Assembly (NCBI GenBank): GCA_047967505.1
Contig: CM106538.1
DNA: 64,000 nt
Origin: Dipteris shenzhenensis
Taxonomy: Eukaryota
Strand: one strand, 5' to 3'
The position numbers and the translations under genes were made by a program. Of this stretch, positions 1 to 12,414 are shown in pieces. A model generated the notes under the pieces. That model made no database searches and was not told the origin of the DNA. It was given only the letters and a program-made list of their open reading frames with translations. Within the stretch, counting starts at the first letter, position 1; every line of letters begins with the position of its first letter.

Positions 1-70
1 GTTCAATGCTTACCTGAACACTTGCCATAGCCTAGGAAGTCATACATCGTCCACATCAATAGTGCCTTCA
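1..70 (-). mobile_element. Fragment of a CACTA Tnp2 transposase gene
   Basis: caatgcttacctgaacacttgccatagcc...catcgtccacatcaa closely matches 9050-9118 (ALLMWTM.DF.GYG.CSG plus GT donor) of the CACTA element in this window. Confidence 0.7.
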
Positions 71-834
71 AGATAATACAACTCTCCATAACTGGAGACC
101 TATTACACTTCTTGGGACAGCTTATAAGATCCTAGTGAAGACTTTGGCCCTTCGCTTGAAGCCACTTCTCCCGGATATCATTAGAGCCACATAGATAGGA
201 TTTGTCCAAGATCCGAGTATCTTGGACAATGTGTTTACATTTTGGGAGGCTACTCATTGGGCATAGGAGAGCCAGGAGGATATTGCAGTCCTTCTTCTCG
301 ATTTCAAGAAGGCTTATGATAGAATTGATTGGGGCTTCCTGGAGTACACTATGAGGAGGCTTGGCTTCAGGGACAAGTGGATTTTATGGGTCTCTTCCTT
401 GTATTCTCATTCGGCCAATAGGATGGTGTTATGTGGGGGTAGAGGACCTACTTTTTAGTTGTCCAGATCAATTCTTCAGGGATTCCCTCTTGCACCTTAT
501 CTTTTTCTTTTTGTGACTGAGGCTATGGGGTACTTCTTGTAGGTTGCTAGTCTTGGCATTTTGGGACTCTCCCTTCCGATTAGACAGGAGCAAGAGCTTC
601 TTAATATTGAGCTCGCCGATGACACCTTAGTGATAATCAGAGGTGATGCCTAAAGCCTAGCTATTGTTGCCTATTCCATTGACAAGTTTTGCCTAGCCTT
701 AGGAGGACTTGTTAATTGGAATAAATCAAAAGGAATCTGGACTAGGGCTCAGTAGAACACTCCAGCTTTGGGAGATGACATAGGCTTTGTTTGGGTCCCC
801 AGAGGTACTTCCACGAAGTACTTGGGCTTCTATT
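71..834 (+). pseudogene. LINE (L1-like) reverse transcriptase, degenerate, 5' part
   Basis: Manual translation NWRPITLLGTAYKIL...LLDFKKAYDRIDWGFL...QGFPLAPYLF...ADDT...KYLGF with several in-frame stops; continues at 6703-6876 and from 12415. Confidence 0.9.
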
Positions 835-1072
835 TGAGAGTGCTCTCAACGGAAGCAAGAACGGAAGAGGGAGAGAGAGAAACAGAGAGCCACACAAGTT
901 TTGGTGGGTGCAGAACCACCCTAATCTTCTTTTTCATTCATTTATATATGTGTTTGAGTATTGTACATAACCGGGGTTAAGGCACAGTGACCTTTAACCC
1001 CCACAACCTCCCACTTAAAGGACAATGTGCCTTTAAGGGAGAATAACTAGTGAGCGTACTATCCAATGCCCA

Positions 1073-2869
1073 TCAATACACGACAATACTCAAACCGCTG
1101 ACTAGGTAGACTCTTCTCAGCATATCTGCAGGGTTATCATCTGTATGAACCTTGACAAGCTCTATGCTCTTGTCCTCAAGTACCTCCCTGATGAAATGGT
1201 ACCTGACCTCAATGTGTTTGGTCTTTGCATGAAAGACCGGATTCCGTGCTAGCTGAATAGCACTCATGGAATCACTATGCAATGTTGGTACACCTGTATG
1301 AATCCCCAAATCTCCCACTAGCCGATCAAGCCATATAGCCTCCTTGCAACCCTCTGTGGCTGCAACATACTCAGCCTCTGTGGTAGACAAAGCCACGCAC
1401 TTCTGTGCACGAGACATCCACAACACGGCACCACCTGCAAAGGTGAACACATAACCAGAAGTGGATCTCCTACTATCCACATGCCCTGCATAGTTTGAAT
1501 TATTGTACCCAAGTACACGCATGTCTCCTTTACCAAAGCAAATGCACATCTCCTTGGTACCCTTCATGTACCTCATGATGCACTTAACTGCCTCCCAATG
1601 CCTCTTTCCTGGATTAACCATATACCTGCTAACAACTCCCACTGCAAATGCAATGTCTGGTCTAGTAGCTATCATAGCATACATAAGACTCCCAACCGCT
1701 GATGCATAAGGAACCTTAGCCATCATGGCCCTCTCCTCTTCTGATTTGGGACTATCTGTATGACTCAGTTTCACATATGGAGGCAATGGAGTACTCACTG
1801 CCTTCCCCCCCTCCATATTGAAATGCTGCAATACTTTTGTAACATACTCTTTTTGTGAAAGCCAAAGGAGTTTCCTACTCCGATCACGCATGATGCGCAT
1901 ACCAAGAATATGACCTGCAAGTCCCAAATCCTTCATATCAAAGGCCTCATGCAACTTGGCCTTTAATGCATCTAGCTCATAAGTATTCTTGCTAGCCAAT
2001 AGCATATCATCCACATATAGTGCCAGGATTATCAGGCTATTATCCTTAGCCCTTTTAGTGTAGAGGCAGTGATCAATTTCACTCCTTCTAAAACCTTGGG
2101 ACCGAATGAAAGCATCAAACTTCTGATACCATTCTCTAGGTGCTTGCTTAAGACCATAGAGACTCTTTTTCAGCTTGCAAACTAAATGCTCTTTGCCCTT
2201 TTCTTCAAAGCCTTCCGGCTGCACCATGTAAATTTCCTCATGCAAATCCCCATGCAAGAAAGCTGTCTTGACATCCATTTGCATAAGCTCCATATCCTCT
2301 ACTGCCACTAGTCCAAGCATGCATCTAAGTGTGGTCATCTTTACAACTGGAGAGAATATCTCATCAAAGTCCACACCCTTCTCTTGCTTGAACCCTTTAG
2401 CAACCAAACGGGCGTTGTACCTAGGCACATCATCACCTGTGACCTTCATTTTGTAGACCCATTTACATGGCAATGCTTTCTTTCTATGTGGCAAAGAAAC
2501 CAAGTCCCAAGTCTTATTCTTCATAAGTGAACTCATCTCTGATTGCATAGCATACTCCCACTTGCGTTGATCCTCACGCATCATAGCCTCTTTGTAGCAA
2601 GAAGGCTCCCCGCAATCAGTAAGCATCACATAGTCTACCCCTAGAACAAACCTATCAGGCGGTCTAGACACTCTAGATGATCTTCTCAAGGGCATTTCAG
2701 CTTGCTGTCCCATTTGCATATCAGCCACATTTGGCTCATCATTTCCACCAATAGATGATCCATCATGTACCCTTGATTGTATACCTGTGGGAGTACTTGG
2801 TGGTACCATTTCTTGCACATTTGGTGCATGGACAGCTTGCTGTCTATCAACATATGCAGGTGGATTCAC
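1073..2869 (-). CDS. Copia reverse transcriptase-RNase H (polyprotein 3' part)
   Basis: QMDVKTAFLHG, SLYGLKQAPR, LYVDDMLL, STTEAEY, KHIEVRYHFIRE, NPADML; separated from the upstream ORF by in-frame stops. Confidence 0.95.
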   Translation of the reverse strand: MNPPAYVDRQQAVHAPNVQEMVPPSTPTGIQSRVHDGSSIGGNDEPNVADMQMGQQAEMPLRRSSRVSRPPDRFVLGVDYVMLTDCGEPSCYKEAMMREDQRKWEYAMQSEMSSLMKNKTWDLVSLPHRKKALPCKWVYKMKVTGDDVPRYNARLVAKGFKQEKGVDFDEIFSPVVKMTTLRCMLGLVAVEDMELMQMDVKTAFLHGDLHEEIYMVQPEGFEEKGKEHLVCKLKKSLYGLKQAPREWYQKFDAFIRSQGFRRSEIDHCLYTKRAKDNSLIILALYVDDMLLASKNTYELDALKAKLHEAFDMKDLGLAGHILGMRIMRDRSRKLLWLSQKEYVTKVLQHFNMEGGKAVSTPLPPYVKLSHTDSPKSEEERAMMAKVPYASAVGSLMYAMIATRPDIAFAVGVVSRYMVNPGKRHWEAVKCIMRYMKGTKEMCICFGKGDMRVLGYNNSNYAGHVDSRRSTSGYVFTFAGGAVLWMSRAQKCVALSTTEAEYVAATEGCKEAIWLDRLVGDLGIHTGVPTLHSDSMSAIQLARNPVFHAKTKHIEVRYHFIREVLEDKSIELVKVHTDDNPADMLRRVYLVSGLSIVVY

Positions 2870-3058
2870 ATCCTAGAAAGTGATTCTCCTCATTTCCACA
2901 TCCCTCATGGGTGCCTCATGCATCTTCTTCTCATTGAAGACCACATCATAGCTGCGTATGATCTTCTTTGCTTCTGGATCCCAGAGACGATAGCCCATCT
3001 CTCCACTTTCACCATAACCCAGAAAGATGCATTTCCTAGACTTAGGATCTAGCTTCTT

Positions 3059-5146
3059 TCAAAGCTCTTTTGGCACATGTGCATATGCCTCACACCCAAA
3101 TATATGCAAATGAGAGTAAGAGGGCTTCTTGCCACTCCATGCCTCTTCAGGAATACCACCATCCAAACTCTTACTAGGTGATCTATTGATCACATGCACT
3201 GCAGTCTTCATTGCCTCAGCCCAAAAACCACCAGAAAGACTTGCATTGGAAAGCATGCATTGCAACCTTTCTTGAATGGTACGGTTCATCTTTTCTGCAA
3301 CTGGATTTTGCTCTGGAGTACGAGGGGATGTGAGCTCCCTCTTAATCCCACGTGTATCACAGAAATGCTGAAAGTCATGAGAGAGATACTCTCCACCATT
3401 ATCAGTCCGTAGGCATTTAAGCGTTCTACCTGACTGATTCTCAACCAAGGCCAGCCATTTCTGAAATACCTGGAACACATCACTCTTCCGAGCTATAGCA
3501 TAAGCCCACACTTTCCTAGTTGCATCATCAATGAATGTCACATAGTATTCAGCCCCGCCTAATAACTGTGTAGGCATGGGACCACATACGTCTGAATGCA
3601 CCAAATCAAGCTTTTCAAACTCTTTCTTTCCCCTTCTTTTATGGGTTGATTTAGTCTGCTTCCCATAGAGACAATGCTCACAAAATTCAAAATCAAAGAA
3701 ACTCAAATGCGGTACATAACCCAAACGGCATAAGAGTTTCATTCCATTCTGGCTCATGTGCCCCAACCTGCAATGCCACAAAGAAGTGCTTGGCTGCTCG
3801 GTTATTGCAACAACATGATCAAATACCCCTGATACATGTAAGGGATACAAAGTCCCACACTTGGCACCCCTAGCCAAAAGCATAGAGCCCTTTTGAATTT
3901 TCCAACTTTGAAAGCCAAAAGTGGTGTGAAAACCAGCATCATCTAGTTGACTCATTGAAATAAGACTCTTGGTCAGCTTAGGCACATGTCTCACATGTTT
4001 CAAAACAAATGCAGACCCATTTGCAAAAGAAAACTTTATGTCACCTGCTCCCACTATGTCACATGCATAGTCATTTCCAAGATGCACACAACCTGTCTTT
4101 CCACTATCATAAGTGGAGAACCATTCCCTATGGGGAGTAACATGGAATGAAGCACCAGAATCCAAAATCCAATCCTGGGAATATGCATCATCTGAAGTGG
4201 TAAGCAACTCTACAGATAAAGTAGACATGAAGAGAACATCATTGTCACTATCATGTGTGACTGCATTGATCTCCTCGATCTTCACTTTTCCTTTGTCCTC
4301 CCTTGGACTCTCTTCCTTTTGATTTGCACCCCAATTTGCATTCTTTTTCTTATCCTTTTGCTCTCTTTTCAGCTTGTAGCAATCCTTTTTCATATGGCCC
4401 TTCTTGCCACAATGGTAACACTCAATGTTCCATGCCCTGGATTTGCTACGAGACTTCCCTCTTTCTTGGGACTTCCCCCTGAACTGTGATCTGCCCCTTT
4501 GCACATTTAAGGCTGCATCCTGCTTGTTGCCATCCATAGACTTCCGTTTAATCTCCTCGGCCAACAAGCTACCCACAACATCGTCAAATTTCAGTACTCC
4601 ACCAGGTGCAGAGTTACTGACAGTTGTACGGAAGGTATCCCATGAGGATGGCAACGAACATAAGAGAAATATTGCCTTAGTCTCCGCATCAAAATTCATT
4701 TTCTGAGCCTGAAGCTGGCTGAAAATAATATTGAATTCATTCAAATGAGAAGCAATGGAGACCCCTTCCTTCATCTGCAGCTCAAACAACCTCTTCATGA
4801 GGTAAAATTTATTAGAGGCAGTTTCCTTCTCATAAGTGGCACACAGTTTCTTCCACAAATCTTCAGTAGTCTGCTCATTTACTACTGTGAAATAAACTGA
4901 CTCTGCAAGATGAAGTCTAATAGTATACTTTGCTAATGCATCCAACTCATTCCAATCATCCTCCGACATATTTGCAGGCTTAGCTTCAATCCCTGCCAAG
5001 GGTTTAATCTGCTTCTTTTGAATAAGCACATCCCTTATCTGTTCTTTCCACAAAGAAAAGTTTGTCCCATCAAACTTTTTAATGCTGAAAAACTCCTTTT
5101 CAGGCATGGAAGAGGATGCCATGATGCAAATAAAGCAAAATCCCAA
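3059..5146 (-). CDS. Copia gag-protease-integrase (polyprotein 5' part)
   Basis: CYHCGKKGHMKKDC knuckle, WILDSGAS protease, WHCRLGH..CEHC, HSDVCGP/LRTDNGGE integrase; ends at in-frame TGA, and the frame continues KKLDPKSRKCIFLGY. Confidence 0.95.
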   Translation of the reverse strand: MGFCFICIMASSSMPEKEFFSIKKFDGTNFSLWKEQIRDVLIQKKQIKPLAGIEAKPANMSEDDWNELDALAKYTIRLHLAESVYFTVVNEQTTEDLWKKLCATYEKETASNKFYLMKRLFELQMKEGVSIASHLNEFNIIFSQLQAQKMNFDAETKAIFLLCSLPSSWDTFRTTVSNSAPGGVLKFDDVVGSLLAEEIKRKSMDGNKQDAALNVQRGRSQFRGKSQERGKSRSKSRAWNIECYHCGKKGHMKKDCYKLKREQKDKKKNANWGANQKEESPREDKGKVKIEEINAVTHDSDNDVLFMSTLSVELLTTSDDAYSQDWILDSGASFHVTPHREWFSTYDSGKTGCVHLGNDYACDIVGAGDIKFSFANGSAFVLKHVRHVPKLTKSLISMSQLDDAGFHTTFGFQSWKIQKGSMLLARGAKCGTLYPLHVSGVFDHVVAITEQPSTSLWHCRLGHMSQNGMKLLCRLGYVPHLSFFDFEFCEHCLYGKQTKSTHKRRGKKEFEKLDLVHSDVCGPMPTQLLGGAEYYVTFIDDATRKVWAYAIARKSDVFQVFQKWLALVENQSGRTLKCLRTDNGGEYLSHDFQHFCDTRGIKRELTSPRTPEQNPVAEKMNRTIQERLQCMLSNASLSGGFWAEAMKTAVHVINRSPSKSLDGGIPEEAWSGKKPSYSHLHIFGCEAYAHVPKEL

Positions 5147-6702
5147 ATGCTAGTGCCTGCAAGAGAGAATCACACCAAATACCAAGTGCACCCAAATGTG
5201 TATGCCATAATAGAGTGAAATATCACCAAAACTCAAAGCTCAAAGCATCAAAAGATGCATCTGACTCATGTGCATATACTATGCATCCATATGAGTGCCA
5301 AATGACTCAAGCATAAACACCGTCCACTGGTATATGCATCAATTATATCTCATCCAAGAGAGCATAGCACTATCAGTGCATCACCAACAATGTGTCAAAG
5401 CTGTCCCTCAGCATAAAATAGCATCCATGTGCAAAGCGTCCATAAAAATAGCATCCCACAAGGCAATTTGGGCCTATCAGCGCATCCAATAAGGACCGCA
5501 ATGCATCCAAATGGCCTAAAAATCATCCACTGCAACCCAATGCACACCACGAATGAGCGCACACTGCTCAAACTACAACCAGAGTGATCTGCATAAGGTA
5601 TACTCAAGAAATCATAGTCCTACGGTAATGAGCGCTACTGAAAATAGAACCTGAGATGCCTCAAAACATGGGCGCCATTGCATAATCGGAATCAGCAAGA
5701 AAATCTGCAAATATCTCTCTTCTGCCAGAACTCCAAAACCCAACCGATGAGTGAGAAATGGGAGTCAACACTTATCCACTGCCATGTGGCATAAATCTAA
5801 GGTTTCAAAACCTTAGAATGAAAAATGCATAACAGAGACGAAATCGAATACACAAAGATCTATAACTTTGAAAATCCTCCACCAAATCGCGCAAGAACTG
5901 ATAGGTAGGGGTTTTTGGGCGTCCGAAACGCAATGGGATAGACGGTTTTGGAAACCGTGGTCTCAATCACTGGGTCCAACACACGGACTGAAAAAACGTT
6001 TTTGGAAACAGAGCTATCTGTAAACTCCACCGGAGTGCGAATGATGAGCAACATAGAAGTTTTAGGACCTCCTGAGTCCACCGGAACTGACAGATCTGCA
6101 AATGGTTGCTCCAAACTTGAGTTCCAACACCCGGGCAAAAAACGTAGGAACTGACACAGTGACTCAGAAATCCAATGAAATGATCCCAGATTCAGGAATG
6201 AAGGTGTTTCCAGGCTCCTAAAGTAATGTGGACACCAAAAGCAAGAATAGTTGCCTCTACAAGTCAATACGGAGTCTCTGTCATCAAACGGAACAGGGAA
6301 AAGCTCAAAAAACGACTTTTTCTTTGAAAGCTCTTAACAGGCTCTCAAAACCACTTTGCAAAGCCAAAGTGACTTTTCCAAAGGTTCCTCCAGGGTCTCT
6401 GCACACTCGGATGCAAGTAAAGTCACCCACAAAGCTTCCCACAAATCTTCTCCTTCCTCCCACAGAGCTACTGAGCTTCAAGCATTCACGCACGCTTAGC
6501 TAGATCACCCGGGCTCTGATACCAGTTGAGAGTGCTCTCAACGGAAGCAAGAACGAAAGAGGGAGAGAGAGAAACAAAGAGCCACACAAGTTTTGGTGGG
6601 TGCAGAACCACCCTAATCTTCTTTTTCATTCATTTATATATGTGTTTGAGTATTGTACATAACCGGGGTTAAGGCACAGTGACCTTTAACCCCCACACTA
6701 TT

Positions 6703-6876
6703 GGTGTGTCCCCCACGCAGTAGTTTGCCCCGGTTCTAAAGAGTATTTGTAGAAAGCTAGCATACTAAAGTACTGCTAGACTTTCTTTGGCTGGTAGAGC
6801 ACCAACCAGGTACTATTGGCGACCATGTGGTATATTGCTTCATGCTAGTGCTGTCATGATGACATGATCAAACAGG
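6703..6876 (+). pseudogene. LINE ORF2 continuation between the copia and CACTA insertions
   Basis: RLSLAGRA..NQVLLATMWYIASC motif typical of the L1 post-RT region. Confidence 0.75.
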
Positions 6877-7779
6877 CACAACAACACAAAGCAACTATAG
6901 ATGCGCTTGGTAGACGCACAAAATAGCGGGCGTGTCTATAGGCGTTGCTTTAGTAGAGAAATTACAGGCGCGTCTAAATGCGCATCTAAAAGCTCGTCTA
7001 TTTGCACGTGAATCACCGCGTCTATTTGCGCGTCTGACCTGAGAAAATACGGGCCCGTCTAACATCCCGTTTATTAGCGCGTCTATTTGCGCGTGTATTT
7101 GCGCGTTTATTTGCGCGTTTACATTGAGAATCAGACGTGCATTTAGACGCGTAAATAGACGCAAACCAGAGAATACAGAAAGTGAGATTTTGGTGTACAT
7201 CATTGCTTTCCAAACATTGCCCATGATTACCAAAGCACATAATTTTTTGCGAGCCCACATATACAAGAATTAAGTGAGATGAGGAGAATGAGACAATATG
7301 TAAAATAGTTTTGCCAATATCAATTATGGGGCTACGGTTCAATCTCATCCTCAATGAGATCAACCCTCGCCAAACTATCTACTTCAAAATCCAAACAAGT
7401 GTTTAGATCTACAAATACATTCAACCCACTACTACTTGTGCCACTGATGTGCTCATCGAAATCAGCATCTCCAATGGTAGGCTCGTCCTAACGGGTAATG
7501 GCCTCAATATCTATATCTCCTATCTCATGATCATCCTCCTCTCTTGTATCACGGTCATCATCACGTCCATGGCCATGATCATCCTCCATACGCTCCATAT
7601 CTCCTCCATATTAGTAAATGTACTATACATCACTTTGGAACGTGGCATAATAGGTATGACATGCCACCATCTATTATTATCCACCATTGGTTGATAGACA
7701 ACCTAATTCAAACACAAATACAATCATGTTACTTTTCTTACATCAAATATTTAAAAGCGAGTATTTTTATATGTGTGCA

Positions 7780-9795
7780 CAGTACCTGTACACATTGTTG
7801 CGGTAGTACTAGTGTGTCCTTCCTACTTTGCCAAAACTTTGTGGAGTCAATAGTTACAAAGCCACTTGCATGGCATTTGATTGTTGCATTAGGGCCTCTT
7901 TCCACCATGTCCTTAAACCACTTTACATCCAAAACATACACAAAGAAGCGTCGAAAGTCAAGCATAATGATATCTTGGATTATGCCACAATAATCATCCA
8001 TGGCTCCATTGGCTCCCTCAAAGCTAGCAATGACGCCGCAATCTTGTGTGTTTCTCTTATCATCAATCCGTTGTGTTTGAAAATGCTTGCCCTCACACCA
8101 TATAGCATTGAACATAGTGCACTACACCAAGAAAAAATCAATTAAATAAGCAATCTAAATTATAAACAGCTCCTAACTTATGCATAACATTCTATATACC
8201 GACCTTGCTCATGCATCCCCTAGCATACTCCCATTCTTCCATTGTGATATGCATCCCCTCGTCTTTCTCTGCTTTCTCCATTTCATCAAGTAGCCAATCC
8301 ACATGAATATCCTTTGGAAGTGCTCTTAGATGCTGAGGGTATGGCACACGAGATCCGTGGTGTGTACGAAAGAGGGCCCTTTCTTCTTGTCTTCTTGCCT
8401 TTGCATCCTCGTATCTTGTCACCCATCTTTTCATCACATCACTATTAAGCACGCAAAAGAGGTTGATACTATTATGCAACTCCGTGTCTATTACTTTGTT
8501 GCGTCCTTTTCCTTGAGACACAATAGAGGTCATCCTTAGGTCTTCATCATCTCTCCATAGTCGTGGGAGAGAGCTATCCACATCAACAAGAAACTCAGAA
8601 ATACATACAAGTGACTCTTGTACAACCCTCGGCCATGCTACCTTCGGGTCTTGCATTTTGTCTCACGAAGCCCTTCAAGGTCTTCATGAAGCGCTCGAGG
8701 AAGCAATCTTTACTTCCAGCCAATAGTTACAAACCCTTACCGGCTCATGCCAAGTGGTGGAGGAGTCGTGGAACCGTCCCAAATTCTCATCCAATCTCCC
8801 GCGGTGAGTGATTGTGGGAGGACTTCATTCCAAGGGGCAACATATCTAGGATGATCATCTGGGAGAAATCGATGGTGATTCTCATAAATGACCTTATTCA
8901 ATGCGTCTGCCCGTGAGGCAACTAGCGAAGGACCACAAACAGGACATGCATGGTAACCCGATGTAGTGAGACCTGAACAATAGATGCAATTAAGAGTGGA
9001 AGGTGGGTTTAGGGTGCCACATCCTTTGCCTATTCATAATTAAAAAATGCAATGCTTACCTGAACACTCACCATAGCCTGGGAATTCATGCATCGTCCAC
9101 ATCAAGACTGCTTTGCAGTTGAAGTCTCGTGACGAGGGAGGCCTGCTCACATCATGCACCTCGATACCTCTCCAAAGTATCTCTAGCTCATCAATCAAAG
9201 GCTCCAAATAAACATCAGGGTTTTTGACTTTATGTTTCCCTGGAATTAGAAGGGACAGCATGACATGTCCTTTCTTAATAGCCATAGAGGGTGGAAGATT
9301 GTAATTCACCAATACCACTGGCCATACACTGTAAGACGTGCTTTTGAGACCAAATGGGTTCACACCGTCCATACCCAATCCAAGTCTCAAGCTCCTAGGT
9401 TCTTCCTTGAAGCTTGGCCATGTGTCTTTAATATGCTTCCACGCAAGAGAGTCCACGGGAGTTCTCCACTTGCCATCGGTTGATCGATGGGAGGAATGCC
9501 ATGACATGAGCTTTGCAATAGATTTGCACTTGAACATATGTTGGATGCGAGGGATTATGGGAAAATGTCGCAATACCTTACGAGGCACGTCCAAGGTTTT
9601 GAGATCTGCTCTATATCTTGCCTCTCCACAAGTAGGACACTCTCTTGCATCCTTATGTAGTCCACGAAACAAAACGCAATTGTTGACACATGCATGGATG
9701 CGCTTGTAATCTAATCCTCCAAGAGAGGTCACATGTTGCCTTGCCATATCTCTTGAGGTCGGTAGTTTATTCTCCCTTGGAAGCATTTTACACAC
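7780..9795 (-). pseudogene. CACTA Tnp2 (Transposase_21-like) transposase exons with DUF4216-like C-terminal exon, disrupted
   Basis: IHACVNNCVLF..CPTCGEARY..RHFPIIPRIQ..LGLGMDGVNPF..YSVWPV..NYNLPP (9040-9795); QDCGV..YCGIIQDII..VKWF..GFVTID (7780-8115); GT-AG introns. Confidence 0.88.
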
Positions 9796-10388
9796 TTCGC
9801 GCGGCTTGCTTCGTTCTTTATTAGCAGATCCATAGTTTCGAAGCTTAAGAGAGAGCCTCCCATACTTACTTCCAAGCTTTCACTCAAGAGAAAGGGACCA
9901 TACCTACACTTACTTCTAAGCTTAAAGGAGAGGAGGACGAACAAGGAGAAGAAGCAAGTTTGAAAAAGAAAGAAGAACCTTCCATACCTTTATCCAAGTA
10001 AGTCTTTTTGCAGTTGATCTTGTTTGGAAGTCTGCTCTCTCCAGTTTTGTACTTTCTCGTATCCAAGAAGCGCATGATCTGGGTATTAGTGTCACGTTTT
10101 TGTGTCGGGCGCAATGTCCTTTTCTACTTTTTAGAAATCTCATCTATCGGAGCGCGTCTATAGGCGCGTCTCAGGGTGCGTCTAAAAGCACGTCTACAGG
10201 CGCGTCTGGCTTGTTTCAGACACACACAGACGCGTCTATAGACGCTATGTTAGATGCTCTGTTAGACGCGTCTATAGACGCGCAAATTAGACGGGTCTAT
10301 AGACGCGCTCTGACAGTAAGCCTCTCTTTTCTTCCCCTTTCTTCTCAGCTCATCAGTAATAGATTTTTTTCCTTTTTTCCAGTTCAAC

Positions 10389-11847
10389 ATGTGGCCAGGA
10401 AGCGCTTCTAGCTCACCTGATCCCCGGGAATCTATTTGGAAGGACTTATATAACCTTTTAGGGCACCCTCCTAGTCCTGCGGAGTTATACGGGTATATGA
10501 CGGGTACTCTAAACACTCCCCAGGAGTCGGCACTACAGACTCCAAGCCACCCCACACCGCCTGAGATCACCCCAGCGGAGTCAGCACAGCCGTCTTATGC
10601 CCTTTCTTATGCCCCTTCCCCCGTACCGTCTTATGCCCCTTCCCCCATGCCGTCTTATGTCCCTTTTGCCATCCCGTCTTATGCCCCTTCCCCCATGCCG
10701 TCAGGAGGTCCTTCTGTCTCGGCGAGCCGTCGACGTACTCCTGTGCTGTCGAGACTCGGTTCTCTAGCTACGAGTGGTCAGCGTAGTCCCGTGCAGTCCC
10801 CAGCTACGAGTGGCCAGCGTACGAGCTCGACACGACAGGGTAGCAGGCGTAGTAGCAGGGAGAGCGGTGGGGGATGCATGGCACAGTGCTTTGGGCCATG
10901 TGGCGGTGAGGAGGATGATGATTCAGATGATTTAGACATGCCTCTGGGTGATGGTACGATTTATTATGATATCACTCAGACATGAGGCATCTTGATGGAT
11001 ACGCGGGGGAAGGACATCATGGCCTTCATGCGCTCTGTAATTGCTAACAATTACAGAGATTGCTTTATCCACTACAAAGACCACCCAAAGAGGTTGGCTG
11101 ATGAGACCCTCGCTATTGTTCGCTCTAGGTATCCTAACCCCCCCAATCGCTAGTTCACAGATAAATGGGGGAAGTCAAAGATTGTTACTATACTTAGCAA
11201 TAAAAGATCTTCGCTTAAGAGGCAGGCACTAGCGGAGCTTGCCAGGCTTGAGGCAGGTCAACCACCAAGGGGCCCGCCCCACACCGCTCACAAGCGTGAG
11301 TGGAAGAAGGCAATGAAGTCAGCGAGGGAGGACCCCAGTCTGCAGCGCACGTGGAGGCACGGAGGATCCAGATGGAGGAATATGGAAGCGCGCATTTTGG
11401 AGCAGGGGGTGTTGAATCATGGGAGGCCCAATTTGTAAGTATCGATCTCAAATTATATTACTTATGTAGTTTATTAGGAGGTTGGTTGTTTCTTTGTACT
11501 AATCCCTCCACAAAGTGTGTCGCGGTCATGCAGCTTGAGATCGTGGGCAGATACCCTACTCCAGTGGAGACAGCCTACCACCGCCACCATCGCAGAGGAG
11601 ATACATGGAGGCACTTCTATGATGACGGGTTGATTACTGAGGAGCAGTATACCCGAGCTACTGGAGCGGCCCCCCAGGTATTTGAAAGTAATTAAATAAT
11701 GCCAAAATTATAAGTAAAGATTTGATTTTTCATACATTGATATATGTTGTCCCTTGTTTACAGGCCCATGCACAAGACGACGAGGAAGACGAGGAAGGAG
11801 GCGCAGAAGGGAGCGCAGAAGGGAGCGTGGAAGGCAGCGAGGATTAG
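10389..11847 (+). pseudogene. Second CACTA gene (TnpA-like position), divergent from the transposase, with in-frame stops
   Basis: 198-aa ORF with SYAPSPMP repeats continues in frame past TGA at 10983; GT-AG introns near 11434-11533 and 11678-11763; acidic tail ending 11847. Confidence 0.6.
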
Positions 11848-12414
11848 TTGTAGAAGTAGTGCTAGCTACTCTTTTTTGTACTTAAAGCCACTGGCTTGGC
11901 TTCGTGCCTCTTGTATATAGACTCCTCTTATTTTTTGTACTTGAAGCCACATGACGTGGCTTAGCTTCGTGCTATATGTATATACAAGCACTTTTTGAGC
12001 TTTTAATTTTATTTGGAATTGTAATTAAAATGCGGTTGGCTGTAAGAATTGAATTACACAATGTGGATATGGGATTCTTGTAACTATATAGCATACACAA
12101 CATACACAGTATTCTGTAAATTTTTTTTTTAAAAAAAAGGGCGTCTATCCGTGCGTTTAAAAACGCGTTTATATTCATGTCTGTCTGTTCGACTTGCGTC
12201 TATATGTGCGTCTATAAATGCGTGTATAAGCGCGTCTATTTATGCGTCTAACTGCGCGTCTATACACGTGTGAGTTTGATATATAGACGCACAATTAGAC
12301 GCGGGTCTCCAGACATCAAAATAGACGTGCAAATAGACGTGCCCGTAAGTTTTTTATTTAGTTCATGAAATGCGTCTGTGCGCGCGTCTATGGGTGCTTT
12401 GTCTTGTTGTGAGG

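Larger units (their letters stand above)
835..6697 (-). mobile_element. Full-length Ty1/copia LTR retrotransposon
   Basis: 171-bp LTRs 835-1005 and 6527-6697 (TG..CA, 2 visible mismatches); TSD CTATT (830-834, 6698-6702); tRNA-iMet PBS tggtatcagagc (6513-6524); PPT next to 1006; domain order gag-PR-IN-RT-RH. Confidence 0.97.
6877..12411. mobile_element. CACTA (En/Spm) DNA transposon with CACAA termini
   Basis: Imperfect ~30-bp TIRs CACAACAACACAAAGCAACTATAGATGCGC / CACAACAAGACAAAGCACCCATAGACGCGC; 3-bp TSD AGG; subterminal TAGACGCG-type repeats; Tnp2 ORF. Confidence 0.93.
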
